The notes: generated by a model not told the origin, from the letters alone. DNA of 58,817 nt from an uncultured Verrucomicrobiota bacterium (GCA_964458765.1 CAYWKN010000001.1:1-58817), one strand, 5' to 3'; shown: positions 1 to 13,565, numbered from the stretch's first letter. Numbers and translations: made by a program.

Positions 1-620
1 GTCCGGAGCGCGGCGCGGGCCATATCCAGGTGTTCCGCATCGGACGAAAGGCTGATGTAACGTTCCAATAGCCGGGCGGCCTCTTCCGGTTGATTCAAAG
101 ACTCCATCTGGAGTATGGCCAGGTTGAAGATCGCGGGGGAGTAGTTTGGTGCAATGGTGAGCACTTGGGCAAGGCGTGCCGCCGCCGTCTGCGGACCGGA
201 TGTCCTGCCCTCGGCAATCGCCAGAGCTGTCAGGATGCGCGGGGACCGGGAATCCCGCCGGGCGGCTTCGTACAGGAGTTCCTGGCTCATTCGCCATCGC
301 GATTCCCCGGCGGCCATGGCGGCCATGAATTCGAGGGGTCTGGGATCGTCGGGTGACAAGTCGGCGGCCCGCCGGAATCCGGAAAGGGCTGCATCCACCT
401 GGCCCAGTTTCATGCGGGCCAGCGCCAGATTGGCGTGCAGGGTGGGGTTGTCGGGATCCGAATCCGCGGCGCCCGCCAGAAGCGACTCCGCCAGGGCCGG
501 GTTCCCGCCCGCCAGCGCGCCGAGGCCGCGTTCCACGGGATCGCGGCGGCAGCCAATGCCGGTAAGGGCCGACATCCCCGCAACGACTACCATCATCCAA
601 ATCTCAAGTGATTGCTTCAT
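1..620 (-). CDS. TPR-repeat lipoprotein, partial (C-terminus runs off the left edge)
   Basis: Absent from the ORF track because it is open to base 1. Hand translation from ATG at 620-618 gives MKQSLEIWMMVVVAGMSALTGIGCRRDPVERGLGALAGGNPALAESLLAGAADSDPDNPTLHANLALARMKLGQVDAALSGFRRAAD... This is a signal peptide plus lipobox (LTGIGC) followed by TPR-like repeats. The + strand ORFs 90..356, 154..714 and 353..565 are antisense shadows. Confidence 0.6.
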   Translation of the reverse strand, partial: MKQSLEIWMMVVVAGMSALTGIGCRRDPVERGLGALAGGNPALAESLLAGAADSDPDNPTLHANLALARMKLGQVDAALSGFRRAADLSPDDPRPLEFMAAMAAGESRWRMSQELLYEAARRDSRSPRILTALAIAEGRTSGPQTAAARLAQVLTIAPNYSPAIFNLAILQMESLNQPEEAARLLERYISLSSDAEHLDMARAALR

Positions 621-688
621 GAAAGACATCCGGAATGATGCGCGCATTATAGCATCACGCATCCGGATGGCAATGCGCCTGATAGGGC

Positions 689-717
689 TTGAAAGTGCCT
701 CGTCGTTTCCATAGTAT
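689..717 (+). promoter_or_regulatory. sigma70-like promoter candidate for nfnAB (TTGAAA-17 nt-TAGTAT)
   Basis: TTGAAA at 689-694, a 17-nt spacer, and TAGTAT at 712-717, about 30 nt upstream of the 748 start. Sequence pattern only. Confidence 0.4.
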
Positions 718-747
718 CAGCGCATTTGTATTTCGGCGGGGAGTTTC

Positions 748-1608
748 ATGAACAGGATTCTTTCAAAGAAAAAGCTATCGGAGGATGTCTACCAGATGCG
801 GGTCGAGGCTCCTCTGATTGCCAGTGAACGCCGCCCGGGGCAGTTTGTCATTGTTCAACTCGACAACGACTATGGGGAGCGGATCCCGTTGACGATTGCC
901 GATGCCGATATCCGGGAAGGAACGATCACCCTCATCTTCCAGGCGGTGGGCAGGACGACGCACAAGCTGGCCGAGCGGGAGGTCGGCGATCCGATCGCCA
1001 GCGTGCTGGGGCCCTTGGGAAAGCCGACCCATATTGAAAGATTCGGGACGGTGGTTTGCGTCGGGGGCGGAATCGGGGTGGCCCCCCTGTATCCCATTGT
1101 CAAGGGAATGAAGGAGGCTGGGAACCGCCTGGTTGTGATCATTGGCGCGCGCACGCGGCCGCTGGTAATCCTCGAGGAAGAAATGCGGGCTGTGGCGGAC
1201 GAGCTCATTGTCTGCACGGACGATGGCTCCTACGGGCGAAAGGCTCTTGTGACCGGACCTCTCCAGGAAGTGTGCGGGCGCATGCCGAAGCCCGACTTGG
1301 CGGTGGCGATCGGACCGCCGATCATGATGAAGTTCTGCGCCGAGACCACGCGTCCGTTCGGAGTTCCGACGGTGGTATCGCTGAACACCATTATGATTGA
1401 CGGGACGGGGATGTGCGGCGGCTGCCGGGTCACGGTCGGCGGGAAGACCCGTTTTGTATGTGTGGACGGCCCCGAGTTTGACGGGCATCAGGTGGACTTC
1501 GACAACATGATGAAGCGGTTGCGGGCCTACAAGTCGGCGGAGGATGAAGCGCACCACCGTTGTCATCTGGAGATGGAGATGCACAAGAGGGAGCGGCAGG
1601 GCGCATGA
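748..1608 (+). CDS. nfnA: NfnA / sulfide dehydrogenase SudB-like FAD-[2Fe-2S] subunit (ferredoxin:NADP oxidoreductase small subunit)
   Basis: 286 aa. It resembles the PyrK/SudB family: RPGQFVIV FAD-binding motif, VCVGGGIGVAPL nucleotide-binding motif, and a C-terminal Cys cluster (CGGCRV...C). The stop overlaps the next start (ATGA at 1605-1608). Confidence 0.8.
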   Translation: MNRILSKKKLSEDVYQMRVEAPLIASERRPGQFVIVQLDNDYGERIPLTIADADIREGTITLIFQAVGRTTHKLAEREVGDPIASVLGPLGKPTHIERFGTVVCVGGGIGVAPLYPIVKGMKEAGNRLVVIIGARTRPLVILEEEMRAVADELIVCTDDGSYGRKALVTGPLQEVCGRMPKPDLAVAIGPPIMMKFCAETTRPFGVPTVVSLNTIMIDGTGMCGGCRVTVGGKTRFVCVDGPEFDGHQVDFDNMMKRLRAYKSAEDEAHHRCHLEMEMHKRERQGA

Positions 1609-3107
1609 GCTACGTTACTTCCGAGGCGCTGGCCAGCGAGAGCCGCCGGATTCTGGAAACGGTCTTGTCCGGGGGCAGGACATTGGCTCCGAAGGAGCGG
1701 TTGGCGATACCGCCCCAGATGATGCCGTCACAGGATCCCGTGGTGCGCCGGAAGACGATGACGGAGGTGGCGCTGGGATACACGGCTGAGCAGGCGCGCC
1801 TGGAGTCCATGCGGTGCCTGCAATGCCGCAATGCGCCTTGCGTGGAGGGATGTCCGGTGCGTATTGACATTCCGGGGTTTCTCAAGGCCGCTGGCGACGG
1901 GGATTTCCAGAAGGCGATCCAGATCATCAAGGCAACGAGCCTTCTGCCGGCGGTTTGCGGCAGGGTTTGCCCGCAGGAGGCGCAGTGCCAGGCGAACTGC
2001 ACCGTGGGCAAGGCGTTGAAGGATCTTGGCAAGGCCGTTTCCGTTGGACGCGTTGAGCGGTACGTGGCCGATCTGGAGCGTGAAACCGGCACGGCGGTTC
2101 CGCCGGTGGTGAAGCCGGAGACCGGCAAGAAGGTGGCGGTGATCGGCAGCGGTCCGGCCAGCATCACAGTGGCGGCTGACGTGCGGCGCGAGGGGCATAA
2201 GGTCGTGATGTACGAGGCCTTCCACAAACCGGGCGGCGTCATGGTGTACGGAATTCCGGAATTCCGGCTGCCGAAGAGCATTGTGCAGACAGAGATCGAT
2301 ACCCTCAAGGCCATGGGGGTGGAACTGCATACGAATTTCGTTGTGGGACGGACGCGCAAGCTGAAGGACCTGCTGGAGAAGGACGGCTTTGATGCCGTCT
2401 TTGTCGGGACGGGGGCAGGGCTGCCCAAGTTCATGGGCATGGAGGGTGAAAACCTTGTCGGGGTATTCTCGGCCAACGAGTACCTCACACGCTCGAACCT
2501 GATGCGGGCCTATGATACGGGGCGGGCGGACACGCCGATCTACGCTTCCCGGAAGGTGGCCGTGCTTGGCGGCGGGAATGTGGCGATGGACGCGGCGCGG
2601 ACGGCCGTCCGGCTGGGGGCGGAGGAAGTGCGGGTCGTGTACCGGAGAACCGAGGTTGAAATGCCGGCACGCGTGGAGGAAGTCGAGCACGCCAAGGAGG
2701 AGGGGGTCATCTTCCATCTTCTGCAGAATGCCAAGCGTGTCCTGGGCGACGAGGCGGGGCGTGTGACGGGATTGGAGTGCCTGCGATATGAGCTGGGCGA
2801 GCCTGATGCCTCCGGGCGGCGCCGACCGGTCGAGATCAAGGGCAGCGAATTTGTGCTGGATGTGGACACGGTGATCGTCGCCATCGGCAACGATTCCAAT
2901 CCCCTGATTCCCTCCACGACGGACGGGCTGAAGGTGACGAAGTGGGGGAACATCGTCGTGGACGATACCGGAAAGACTTCGCTGGACCGGGTATACGCCG
3001 GTGGCGACATTGTTCTTGGAGCGGCGACGGTGATCCTGGCCATGGGCGAGGGGCGGCGCGCGGCGGCGTCCATCAACACGTTGCTGGGAGGGCAGGGGAC
3101 GGAAGGG

Positions 3108-3119
<12 letters not shown>
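1605..3119 (+). CDS. nfnB: NfnB / GltD-like NADPH-dependent oxidoreductase (glutamate synthase small-chain family)
   Basis: The track ORF is 1560..3119. I take the ATG at 1605 (MSYVTSE...) because it overlaps the nfnA stop. N-terminal 2x[4Fe-4S] Cys motifs (CLQCRNAPCVEGCP, CGRVCPQEAQCQANC) and two Rossmann motifs (VAVIGSGPAS, VAVLGGGNVAMD). Confidence 0.85.
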
Positions 3120-5611
<2,492 letters not shown>

Positions 5612-5634
5612 ACATCCGCCGGGATGGAAAGACG

Positions 5635-5671
5635 ACGGGCCGCCTTCGGGCGGCCCGTTTTCTTTGGTTTT
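5635..5671 (+). terminator. Rho-independent terminator of gdhA
   Basis: Perfect 10-bp stem ACGGGCCGCC-TTCG-GGCGGCCCGT followed by TTTTCTTTGGTTTT. Confidence 0.85.
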
Positions 5672-5752
5672 CGATGTCCGGCGGAAAGAAAGGCATGGCA
5701 GGGGTATTATGCTTTTGCTATAGAACGGCGTATTTCCGAAGGCAGGCACATC

Positions 5753-6772
5753 ATGAACGCACAAGACATTGTCAGGCTGAAGGATCAGGCTCTGACGGAA
5801 GCGGGGCAGGCGGGGAACCTGAACGATCTTGAGGGCGTCCGCATCAAGTATCTGGGGCGCAAGGGGCTGCTTCCGGCCATCATGGAGGGTTTGAAGGATG
5901 TCGATCCCGCCGGAAGACCGGAGATCGGCAAGCGCGCCAATGAACTCAAGCAGGCGTTGACGGCGCAACTGGATGCGGCGAAGAGCCGACTGCAGCAGGC
6001 CGCCCGGTCCGATTCACGGCCGTCCATCGATGTAACGATGCCTGGCGCATGGCGTTCGCGAGGTGTCCGGCATCCGGTCTCCCAGGTGATTGAGGAGGCG
6101 GTCGGTATTTTTGCGATGATGGGGTTCACGGTTGCCGATGGGCCCGATGTGGAGACGGAGTGGCACAACTTCGATGCGTTGAACACTCCGGCCGATCACC
6201 CCTCGCGCGATACGCAGGACACGTTCTGGCTGAGCCCGGGAAAGTTGCTGCGGACCCAGACATCCCCCGTCCAGATCCGTGTGATGGAGGGGCGTAAACC
6301 GCCTGTCAGGATCATCGCGCCAGGGCGCTGCTACCGCCGGGACACCACGGATGCTACGCATAGCGCGAACTTCCACCAGATCGAGGGTTTGTACGTGGAT
6401 CGTCAGGTGTCGATGGCCGACCTCAAGGGCGACATCACCTTTTTCGCGCACCGCATGATGGGATCGGACGTCAAGGTGCGGTTCCGCCCGCATTTCTTCC
6501 CGTTCACGGAGCCCAGTGTGGAATACGATTTCTCGTGTCACGTATGCGGCGGGCAGGGGTGCCGGGTGTGCAAGAACAGCGGGTGGATCGAGATTTCTGG
6601 CGCCGGCATGGTCAATCCCAAGGTTTTCCGGAAAGTGGGATACGATCCCGCCACGTGCACGGGCTACGCGTTTGGCATGGGCGTGGAGCGGATTGCCATG
6701 ATCAAGTACGGGATCGAGGATATCCGGATGCTGTACGACAACGACATCCGGTTCCTGTCGCAGTTTGGATGA
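5753..6772 (+). CDS. pheS: Phenylalanine--tRNA ligase alpha subunit
   Basis: The track ORF is 5624..6772. The start is taken at MNAQDIVRLKDQAL... (typical PheS N-terminus). Class II aaRS motifs are present (FRPHFFPFTEPS, GAGMVNP...GMGVERI). Confidence 0.92.
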   Translation: MNAQDIVRLKDQALTEAGQAGNLNDLEGVRIKYLGRKGLLPAIMEGLKDVDPAGRPEIGKRANELKQALTAQLDAAKSRLQQAARSDSRPSIDVTMPGAWRSRGVRHPVSQVIEEAVGIFAMMGFTVADGPDVETEWHNFDALNTPADHPSRDTQDTFWLSPGKLLRTQTSPVQIRVMEGRKPPVRIIAPGRCYRRDTTDATHSANFHQIEGLYVDRQVSMADLKGDITFFAHRMMGSDVKVRFRPHFFPFTEPSVEYDFSCHVCGGQGCRVCKNSGWIEISGAGMVNPKVFRKVGYDPATCTGYAFGMGVERIAMIKYGIEDIRMLYDNDIRFLSQFG

Positions 6773-6839
6773 GTCCGGTGGAAGAAGGGGTTGGACGGAT
6801 ATCCGGGAAGCGTGTTGCCCGGTTCAAACGAGGTGAATT

Positions 6840-9275
6840 GTGAATGTGCCGTTGAGTTGGCTTCGCGAGTATGTGGATGTCGATGTCTCGCCGCGGGAAT
6901 TGGCCTCTCTGCTGACTTTCTCAGGGACCGAGGTGGCGGCGGTCCGCACCGTGGGCGGTGACTACACCGGCATCGTTGTGGGCGAGATTGTGGCCATCGA
7001 GCCGCATCCGAATGCGGACAGACTCACCGTTTGCCGTGTCAACAACGGCTCCGCGACCCTCCAGGTGGTTTGCGGGGCAACGAATTTCCGGGTGGGCGAC
7101 AAGGCGCCGCTGGCCCAGGCCGGCTGCGTTCTGCCCAACGGCATGAAAATCAAGAAGGCGAAGGTCCGGGGTGTGGAGTCACTGGGCATGCTGTGCGCGG
7201 AGGATGAGATGGGGCTTTCCGACCGGCACGAAGGCTTGCTGTTGCTGCCTCGCGACACGCCGGCAGGGATACCCTTCGGCGAAATCGCGGGGCCGCCGGA
7301 CACTGTGCTCGAGTTGGAGGTCACGCCCAATCGTCCGGATTGCCTCAGCATGATCGGGATTGCGCGGGAGGTGGCGGCTCTGCTCGGCAAGCCTCTGCGC
7401 CTGCCGTCCGTGAATCTTCAAGAGGGCGTCCGGGCCGTTGAGAGCATTGCCTCGGTGGCCGTACAGGATGCGGATGGATGTCCCCGATACACGGCCCGGG
7501 TGATTGGCGGTGTGGCGGCGAAGGAGAGTCCCGGGTGGATGCAGCGACGGCTGACGGCCGCCGGCGTGCGCCCGATCAACGTCCTGGTGGACATCACGAA
7601 TTATGTGATGCTGGAATGTGGCCAGCCTTTGCACGCCTTTGATTATGACCTTTTGACGGAAGGGCGGATCGTGGTTCGCCGGGCACGGGCGGGGGAGACC
7701 CTGAACACGCTGGATGGGAATGCGCGGGAACTCCGGGCCGAGATGCTGGTGATCGCCGATGCCGTCCGGCCGGTGGCCGTCGCAGGGGTAATGGGCGGCG
7801 CCGGAAGCGAGATCAGGGACGTGACCCGGACGGTGCTTCTCGAAAGCGCGTGTTTCAAGCCCTCCGATATCCGGCAGACGTCCAAGCGTCTCGGTCTTTC
7901 GACGGAATCATCCTACCGGTTCGAACGGGGCGTGGATGAGGAGAATGTGGAGTGGGCCAGCCGGCGGGCCGCGGCGCTGATGGCGGAACTGGCGGGCGGG
8001 GAAGTGGCGCGCGGCGTGATTGACTGTTATCCTGCCGCGACGGCTCGCCGGACGGTGGAACTGCTCCTGCGCAATGCCAGGCAGTTGCTGGGTATCGAGA
8101 TTCCCGCGGATCGGGTTGCAGGCATTTTCCGCGCGCTGGGCTTCTCCATAGCCGGGCAAACCGGCGAGGGCATGATCGTGGAGATCCCCGCCTTCCGCGT
8201 GGATATTGATCAGGAGGCGGACCTGATCGAGGAGATCGCCCGTATTCATGGGCTGGACAAGATACCCACTCCGCCTCCCGCCGCGCGTCTGGTTCCGGAC
8301 GCGGATGATCGGGAGACGCGGGCGGCCTTGGTCTGCCGGAACACCCTGGTTGGACTCGGATTGACCGAAACGCTCAACTACAGTTTCCTTTCGGAGCGAT
8401 TGTTGAATTTGGTCGGACTGACCGATGCGGCGCAACGTCTGGTGCTGCCCAATCCAATCAGCGCGGAGCACACTGTGATGAGGGACAGCCTGATCCCGCA
8501 AATGATCGAAACGTTGGGAAAGAATCTGGCGCGGCAGGCGCGACAGGCGTGCCTGTTTGAGATGGGTCGGGTATTCCGGCGCCTGGGGGAGGGCGAGTTT
8601 GCGGAGGAGGAACGCCTGTGCGTTGGTTTGCTCGGTCCCGCAGGCCGCGAGGGGATGCGGCAGAATGCCGATGTCACGGAGACGGAAATGTTCCAGTGGA
8701 TCAAGGGTGTTCTGGAAGCCGTGTGCCAGGCCTGCCACACGCCCCGAATGGCAGCGGGGGGGATGAGTTTCCTCGACATTGCGTTGGAACCCCTGGAGAA
8801 CCCGTGTCTGGCGGAGGGGCGCGGAGTGTCGGTCCGGATCGGCGGGGAATCGTGGGGCGTTATGGGTTTGCTCAGCGACCGGTTGCGTGACGAATGGCGG
8901 ATGACGGGGCCTGTGGCGGTGCTTGAGGTGGCGATGCGGCCTTTGGTCCGGCATGTGCTCGATGTGCCGGCGGGAAAACCGTTGTGCAGCTATCCCGTGG
9001 TGGACCGCGACGTCGCGATGATGGTTCCGGATGCGGTCACCCACGAAGCGGTTCTCCACGCCATTCGCGCCCACGCACCGCCGGAATTGTGCGATGTGCG
9101 CCTCTTCGATGTCTACCGCGGGGAGAGTCTCGGCAAAGGGCGGAAGAGCATGGCCTATTCCCTGACGTATCGCTCGATGGAACGGACCCTTCGGGACGAA
9201 GAGGTCAACGGCATGCACGACGCGGTGAAGGCGATGCTGCGCCGTGATCTCGGGGCGGAAATCCGCGAGAACTGA
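6840..9275 (+). CDS. pheT: Phenylalanine--tRNA ligase beta subunit
   Basis: 811 aa with a GTG start. The canonical N-terminus MNVPLSWLREYVD, the tRNA-binding OB domain, B3/4 and B5 regions, and a C-terminal FDX-ACB-like domain are recognisable. Confidence 0.93.
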   Translation: MNVPLSWLREYVDVDVSPRELASLLTFSGTEVAAVRTVGGDYTGIVVGEIVAIEPHPNADRLTVCRVNNGSATLQVVCGATNFRVGDKAPLAQAGCVLPNGMKIKKAKVRGVESLGMLCAEDEMGLSDRHEGLLLLPRDTPAGIPFGEIAGPPDTVLELEVTPNRPDCLSMIGIAREVAALLGKPLRLPSVNLQEGVRAVESIASVAVQDADGCPRYTARVIGGVAAKESPGWMQRRLTAAGVRPINVLVDITNYVMLECGQPLHAFDYDLLTEGRIVVRRARAGETLNTLDGNARELRAEMLVIADAVRPVAVAGVMGGAGSEIRDVTRTVLLESACFKPSDIRQTSKRLGLSTESSYRFERGVDEENVEWASRRAAALMAELAGGEVARGVIDCYPAATARRTVELLLRNARQLLGIEIPADRVAGIFRALGFSIAGQTGEGMIVEIPAFRVDIDQEADLIEEIARIHGLDKIPTPPPAARLVPDADDRETRAALVCRNTLVGLGLTETLNYSFLSERLLNLVGLTDAAQRLVLPNPISAEHTVMRDSLIPQMIETLGKNLARQARQACLFEMGRVFRRLGEGEFAEEERLCVGLLGPAGREGMRQNADVTETEMFQWIKGVLEAVCQACHTPRMAAGGMSFLDIALEPLENPCLAEGRGVSVRIGGESWGVMGLLSDRLRDEWRMTGPVAVLEVAMRPLVRHVLDVPAGKPLCSYPVVDRDVAMMVPDAVTHEAVLHAIRAHAPPELCDVRLFDVYRGESLGKGRKSMAYSLTYRSMERTLRDEEVNGMHDAVKAMLRRDLGAEIREN

Positions 9276-9357
9276 CGGTGGTGCGATCCCCGGCCGGACG
9301 TGTGGTGTTCCGGACGGCGTCGCACGGGCAACAGGGACACGGAAAGGAGAGGACAGT

Positions 9358-9894
9358 ATGGCGACATTGAAGGGATCGAAGACGGAGAAGAATCTGCTTG
9401 AGGCATTTGCGGGTGAGTCGCAGGCGCGCAACAAGTACACGTATTTCGCGGGTGTGGCCAGGAAGGAGGGCTACGAACAGATTGCGGCGATCTTCCTGGA
9501 GACGGCGGAACAGGAAAAGACGCATGCCAAGCTGCATTTCCAGGCACTCAGCGGCATCGGGGACACGGTGGCCAACCTGAAGGCGGCGGCGGCAGGGGAG
9601 GGACACGAGTGGACCGACATGTATCCGCGCATGGCCAAGGAAGCCCGCGAGGAGGGATTCGAGGATATCGCCCGGACGTTCGAAAACATCGGCAAGATCG
9701 AGAAGGCCCACCAGGAGCGGTATCTGGCGCTGCTCAGGAATGTGGAGTCCGGAAAGGTTTTCGAGAAGCCCGAAAAGAAACTGTGGCGCTGCCGGGAATG
9801 CGGCTTTACGTATGAAGGCGCCAAGGCGCTGGAGAAATGTCCGGTGTGCCAGCATCCCAAAGCATTCTTTGAGCTGGTGCCCGCCAACTACTGA
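9358..9894 (+). CDS. rbr: Rubrerythrin
   Basis: The track ORF is 9244..9894. The start is taken at MATLKGSKTEKNLLEAFAGESQARNKY..., after a GGAGAGG RBS. A diiron four-helix-bundle region is followed by a C-terminal rubredoxin-like CxxC...CxxC (CRECG...CPVC). Confidence 0.92.
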   Translation: MATLKGSKTEKNLLEAFAGESQARNKYTYFAGVARKEGYEQIAAIFLETAEQEKTHAKLHFQALSGIGDTVANLKAAAAGEGHEWTDMYPRMAKEAREEGFEDIARTFENIGKIEKAHQERYLALLRNVESGKVFEKPEKKLWRCRECGFTYEGAKALEKCPVCQHPKAFFELVPANY

Positions 9895-10061
9895 TATTGC
9901 GATCCGCGCGGAACCCCCTGACTTCCTGACGGCTCTTCCTGTGGAAGACCGCGTGGCGTCCGGCTAGGACTGATCGAAAGCAGGAAGAGGGGGTTTCTCT
10001 TTGTGCGCCGCAGCGCGATGTCGCCTTGGACAAAAAATGTTACAATCGAATCGTTAAAGAA

Positions 10062-10090
10062 TTGACAGACAGAGGGCTGCTGAATATTGT
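10062..10090 (+). promoter_or_regulatory. sigma70-like promoter candidate for hppA (TTGACA-17 nt-TATTGT)
   Basis: TTGACA at 10062-10067 and TATTGT at 10085-10090 in an AT-rich patch. An extended -10-like TGTTACAAT also lies about 40 nt upstream. Confidence 0.5.
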
Positions 10091-10150
10091 GCACCCTTGG
10101 CAATTTTTTTTTAGTTCGGAAAGCGGCAAACCACAAGAAAGGGACTACGG

Positions 10151-12553
10151 ATGAAGGCGGCACTGGCGGGTCTTGGGACGTTCTTGGCGATGGCGGCGGG
10201 GAATGGAATGGCACAGGAGGTGGCGACGGCCGGCGCGTCCGTGGCGACAACGCCCTGGTACTGGTATGTGGCGCCGACGGCATCGGTGCTGGCTCTGGTG
10301 TTCGCCTTTATCATCTATCGTATGATGATGTCGGCCAACGCCGGCAGTGACCGGATGCAGGAGATTGCCGGCTATGTCCGGGAGGGCGCGATGGCGTACC
10401 TCTTCCGGCAGTACAAGGTAGTGGGGATCGTTTTCGCCGTGCTTGTGGTGATCCTGGCCGTTCTGGCTGCCGTTGGAATCCAGAACCCCTTTGTCCCGGT
10501 GGCGTTCCTTACCGGCGGTTTCTTTTCCGGGTTGTGCGGTTACCTGGGGATGCGTACCGCAACGAATGCCTCCTCGCGGACCGCGCAAGGCGCCAGCGAG
10601 AGCCTGAACCGCGGGCTTCAGGTGGCATTCCGCTCCGGCGCGGTCATGGGGCTGGTGGTCGTTGGCTTCGGGATGCTGGATATTTGTCTCTGGTACCTGA
10701 TCCTCGACAAGCTGGTGTTCACGGCAGAGCACATGAGGACCGGCCTTTCGCTGATGGGGTTGACGTTTGTTCCGCAAGGATGCACCGACCTGGAGAAGAT
10801 GGTGCAGATCACGACCACCATGCTGACCTTCGGGATGGGCGCTTCCACACAGGCGTTGTTCGCGCGTGTTGGCGGCGGCATCTACACGAAGGCGGCTGAT
10901 GTGGGCGCCGACCTGGTGGGCAAGGTGGAAGCAGGCATTCCGGAGGATGATCCCCGGAATCCGGCCACGATCGCGGACAATGTGGGAGACAATGTGGGCG
11001 ATGTCGCCGGTATGGGCGCCGACCTGTACGAATCCTATTGCGGTTCGATTCTGGCCACGGCGGCGTTGGGCGCTTCGATCGGCGTCGCGGAAAGCAATCT
11101 CAAGGAAGCCGTCAACTACGTTATCGCCCCCATGGTGGTGGCGGGGATTGGAACGCTTCTGTCCATTCTTGGTATTTTCATGGTGCGCTGCAAGGAGAAC
11201 GCGGACCAGAAGAATCTTCTGCGGGCGCTTTTGACCGGGACGCTGGGCAGTTCGGTGCTGATCGTGGTGGCCCTGGCCGCCATGGCGTGGATTGGCATGA
11301 TCTCGTGGGGGATTTTCGGCGCGGTGCTGGCGGGGCTGCTGGCGGGAGTGCTGATCGGTCAGGCGACGGAATACTACACTTCGGACGCCTATGAACCTAC
11401 GAAGGGCATTGCAGGCCAGGCAAAGATGGGGCCGGCCACTGTCATCATTGACGGCTTGTCCACGGGCATGCTGTCCTCCTGGGTTCCCGGTGTGATCATT
11501 GTGATCGGGATCCTGTTTGCCTTTGGTCTTGCCGGGGGGTTTGTAAACTTCGCCCACGGGTTGTATGGCGTTGGGTTTGCCGCCGTGGGCATGCTGGCGA
11601 CTCTGGGTGTGACGCTGGCCACGGATGCCTATGGGCCTATCGCGGACAATGCCGGCGGCAATGCCGAGATGTCCCACATGCCTGCACAAGTGCGCGAGCG
11701 CACGGATGCCCTGGACGCGCTGGGAAATACGACGGCGGCAACGGGAAAGGGTTTTGCCATCGGATCGGCGGCGCTGACGGCGCTGGCTTTGTTGGCCGCC
11801 AATATCGAAGAGGTCAAGCTGTGGGTTGCCAAGCTGGCCTCGCAGTCGGCGGATGGCACGTTCCTTGTGGGCAAGAAGGCGTTCACGGCCGCGAGCGCTC
11901 AGACGGCGTCGGTGCTGGATTTCGTGGAGGCGCTTGAGATTCACGTGTTGAATCCGCTCGTGTTGTGCGGAATGTTCCTGGGCGCCATGCTGGCCTTTGT
12001 GTTTGTCGCCATGTCGATGAAGGCCGTCGGCCGCGCGGCCGGCGCCATGGTGAACGAGGTGCGGCGGCAGTTTGCGGAGAAGCCCGGAATCATGCAGGGC
12101 ACGGACAAGCCCGACTATGCGATGTGCGTTGCCATTTCGACGGCCGGCGCGCAGCGGGAGATGATTGTTCCCTCGATCATGGCCATCGTGGCGCCCGTGG
12201 CGGCGGGGTTGGTGCTTGGGATCGGGGGCGTGATGGGGCTGCTGGCGGGCGCCCTGACGACGGGGTTTGTCCTGGCTACGATGCTGAATAACGCGGGTGG
12301 CGCGTGGGACAATGCCAAGAAGTTCATCGAGAAAGGCAACCTCGGCGGCAAGCGCCTGCCCGACGGCAGCAAGAACCCCGTCCATGGAGCGGCGGTGATC
12401 GGCGACACGGTCGGTGATCCCTGCAAGGATACCAGCGGGCCGTCGCTGAACATCCTGATCAAGCTGATGAGCATGGTATGCATCGTGTTCACCCCGGTCA
12501 TCGTCAAGTACTCGCCGGTGGTGCAGAAGTGGCTTGGTCTAACGATGCGGTAA
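10151..12553 (+). CDS. hppA: Membrane-bound proton/sodium-translocating pyrophosphatase
   Basis: 800 aa, polytopic. Hallmark motifs [29 protein letters not shown] and [17 protein letters not shown] are present. Confidence 0.95.
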   Translation: MKAALAGLGTFLAMAAGNGMAQEVATAGASVATTPWYWYVAPTASVLALVFAFIIYRMMMSANAGSDRMQEIAGYVREGAMAYLFRQYKVVGIVFAVLVVILAVLAAVGIQNPFVPVAFLTGGFFSGLCGYLGMRTATNASSRTAQGASESLNRGLQVAFRSGAVMGLVVVGFGMLDICLWYLILDKLVFTAEHMRTGLSLMGLTFVPQGCTDLEKMVQITTTMLTFGMGASTQALFARVGGGIYTKAADVGADLVGKVEAGIPEDDPRNPATIADNVGDNVGDVAGMGADLYESYCGSILATAALGASIGVAESNLKEAVNYVIAPMVVAGIGTLLSILGIFMVRCKENADQKNLLRALLTGTLGSSVLIVVALAAMAWIGMISWGIFGAVLAGLLAGVLIGQATEYYTSDAYEPTKGIAGQAKMGPATVIIDGLSTGMLSSWVPGVIIVIGILFAFGLAGGFVNFAHGLYGVGFAAVGMLATLGVTLATDAYGPIADNAGGNAEMSHMPAQVRERTDALDALGNTTAATGKGFAIGSAALTALALLAANIEEVKLWVAKLASQSADGTFLVGKKAFTAASAQTASVLDFVEALEIHVLNPLVLCGMFLGAMLAFVFVAMSMKAVGRAAGAMVNEVRRQFAEKPGIMQGTDKPDYAMCVAISTAGAQREMIVPSIMAIVAPVAAGLVLGIGGVMGLLAGALTTGFVLATMLNNAGGAWDNAKKFIEKGNLGGKRLPDGSKNPVHGAAVIGDTVGDPCKDTSGPSLNILIKLMSMVCIVFTPVIVKYSPVVQKWLGLTMR

Positions 12554-12593
12554 CGCGCGGCGGCCGGCTTCGGCGAGGATGAGGAAGCCAGAC

Positions 12594-12630
12594 GGGGCAG
12601 TCCCGGCGGGGATTGCCCCGTTCTTGCTTT
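12594..12630 (+). terminator. Terminator-like hairpin after hppA
   Basis: GGGGCA (12594-12599) pairs with TGCCCC (12614-12619) and is followed by GTTCTTGCTTT. The loop is long, so this is only moderate. Confidence 0.4.
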
Positions 12631-12693
12631 CGGGGATGCGGGCAGCGATAATGACGGGCAAGGCTGGTTCGGTCTAGCGCGGAGGACGGCAAG

Positions 12694-13467
12694 GTGAAGA
12701 TTACGTTTCTGGGAACGGGGACATCCGTCGGCATTCCGGTTATCGGGTGCGACTGCAGGATCTGCCGTTCCCAGGACCCGCGCAACAAGCGGCGGCGGTC
12801 CAGCCTGTATGTCCAGACGCCTGAAGCCAGCGTCGTGATTGACACCTCGCCGGACTTCCGCGAACAAGCGCTGGTGTATGGTGTTCCGCGGGTTGATGCC
12901 GTGCTGATCACGCATTCGCATGCGGATCATATTTTCGGGCTGGATGACATCCGTCGCTACAATACGTTGCAGGGGACGGTGATTCCCGTGTACGGGTCTT
13001 CCGAGACCATTGCCGACCTGGTGTGCATCTTCAACTACATCAACGCGCGGGAACCCGAACCGGGCGTGTTCCGCCCCCGGCTGGACTTCATCGAAGCGCA
13101 CCTGCCTTTCACAGCCGGCGCGATCACGGTGGAACCGCTGCCCGTCGTGCATGGCAAGTCGGTCACGTACGGGTACCGGCTGGACTGGCGGGGCCGGTCG
13201 CTGGGTTACGTGCCGGACTGCAAGGAGATGCCCGGGCCGACGCTCCGGCGCTTTCGGGGGGTGGATGTAATGATCCTGGACGGCCTGCGGCACCGGGCGC
13301 ACCCGACGCACCTGACGGTGGCGCAGGCCCTCCGGCTGTTGCAGGAGATCGGCGCGGGGCATTCCTACCTGACCCATATCTGCCACGACATTGACCATGA
13401 GGAAACGCAGGAGACATTGCCGTCCGGTGTGTTTCTGGCGTGTGACGGAATAGTGTTGAACCTGTGA
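12694..13467 (+). CDS. MBL-fold metallo-hydrolase (PhnP/GPMBL-like)
   Basis: 257 aa with a GTG start. HxHxDH motif ([10 protein letters not shown]) and an N-terminal Cys cluster (GCDCRIC) typical of the PhnP-like subfamily. Confidence 0.8.
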   Translation: MKITFLGTGTSVGIPVIGCDCRICRSQDPRNKRRRSSLYVQTPEASVVIDTSPDFREQALVYGVPRVDAVLITHSHADHIFGLDDIRRYNTLQGTVIPVYGSSETIADLVCIFNYINAREPEPGVFRPRLDFIEAHLPFTAGAITVEPLPVVHGKSVTYGYRLDWRGRSLGYVPDCKEMPGPTLRRFRGVDVMILDGLRHRAHPTHLTVAQALRLLQEIGAGHSYLTHICHDIDHEETQETLPSGVFLACDGIVLNL

Positions 13468-13565
13468 GAACATTCGCGCGGGAAGAGTCTTGCACGCGCC
13501 GGAGTTCTCCGGTATCTAGTCGGGAGCAACGGCATGGCTGATGCCGCGGGGAGTGGAGAAGTTTC

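Noticed and set aside
154-714. The + strand ORFs at the left edge (90..356, 154..714, 353..565).
   Set aside because: They are antisense to a convincing TPR lipoprotein frame that is open to base 1. Their translations are Arg/Ala/Pro-rich with no features.
5624-5752. Phe-rich leader peptide / attenuator for pheST. ORF 5624.. reads ..RPVFFGFR.. across the terminator hairpin, reminiscent of pheM.
   Set aside because: - The frame has no stop and simply runs into pheS.
- The Phe codons are the U-run of the gdhA terminator.
- There is no alternative antiterminator pairing that I could find.
- It is treated as the gdhA terminator plus a spurious 5' extension of the pheS ORF.
9985-9999. The 10-mer GGGGGTTTCT is shared between the rbr/hppA intergenic region and the 30588 RNA candidate, which could mark a dispersed repeat family.
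   Set aside because: Identity does not extend beyond the 10-mer on either side, and I saw only two copies. This is compatible with chance in a 59-kb GC-rich window.
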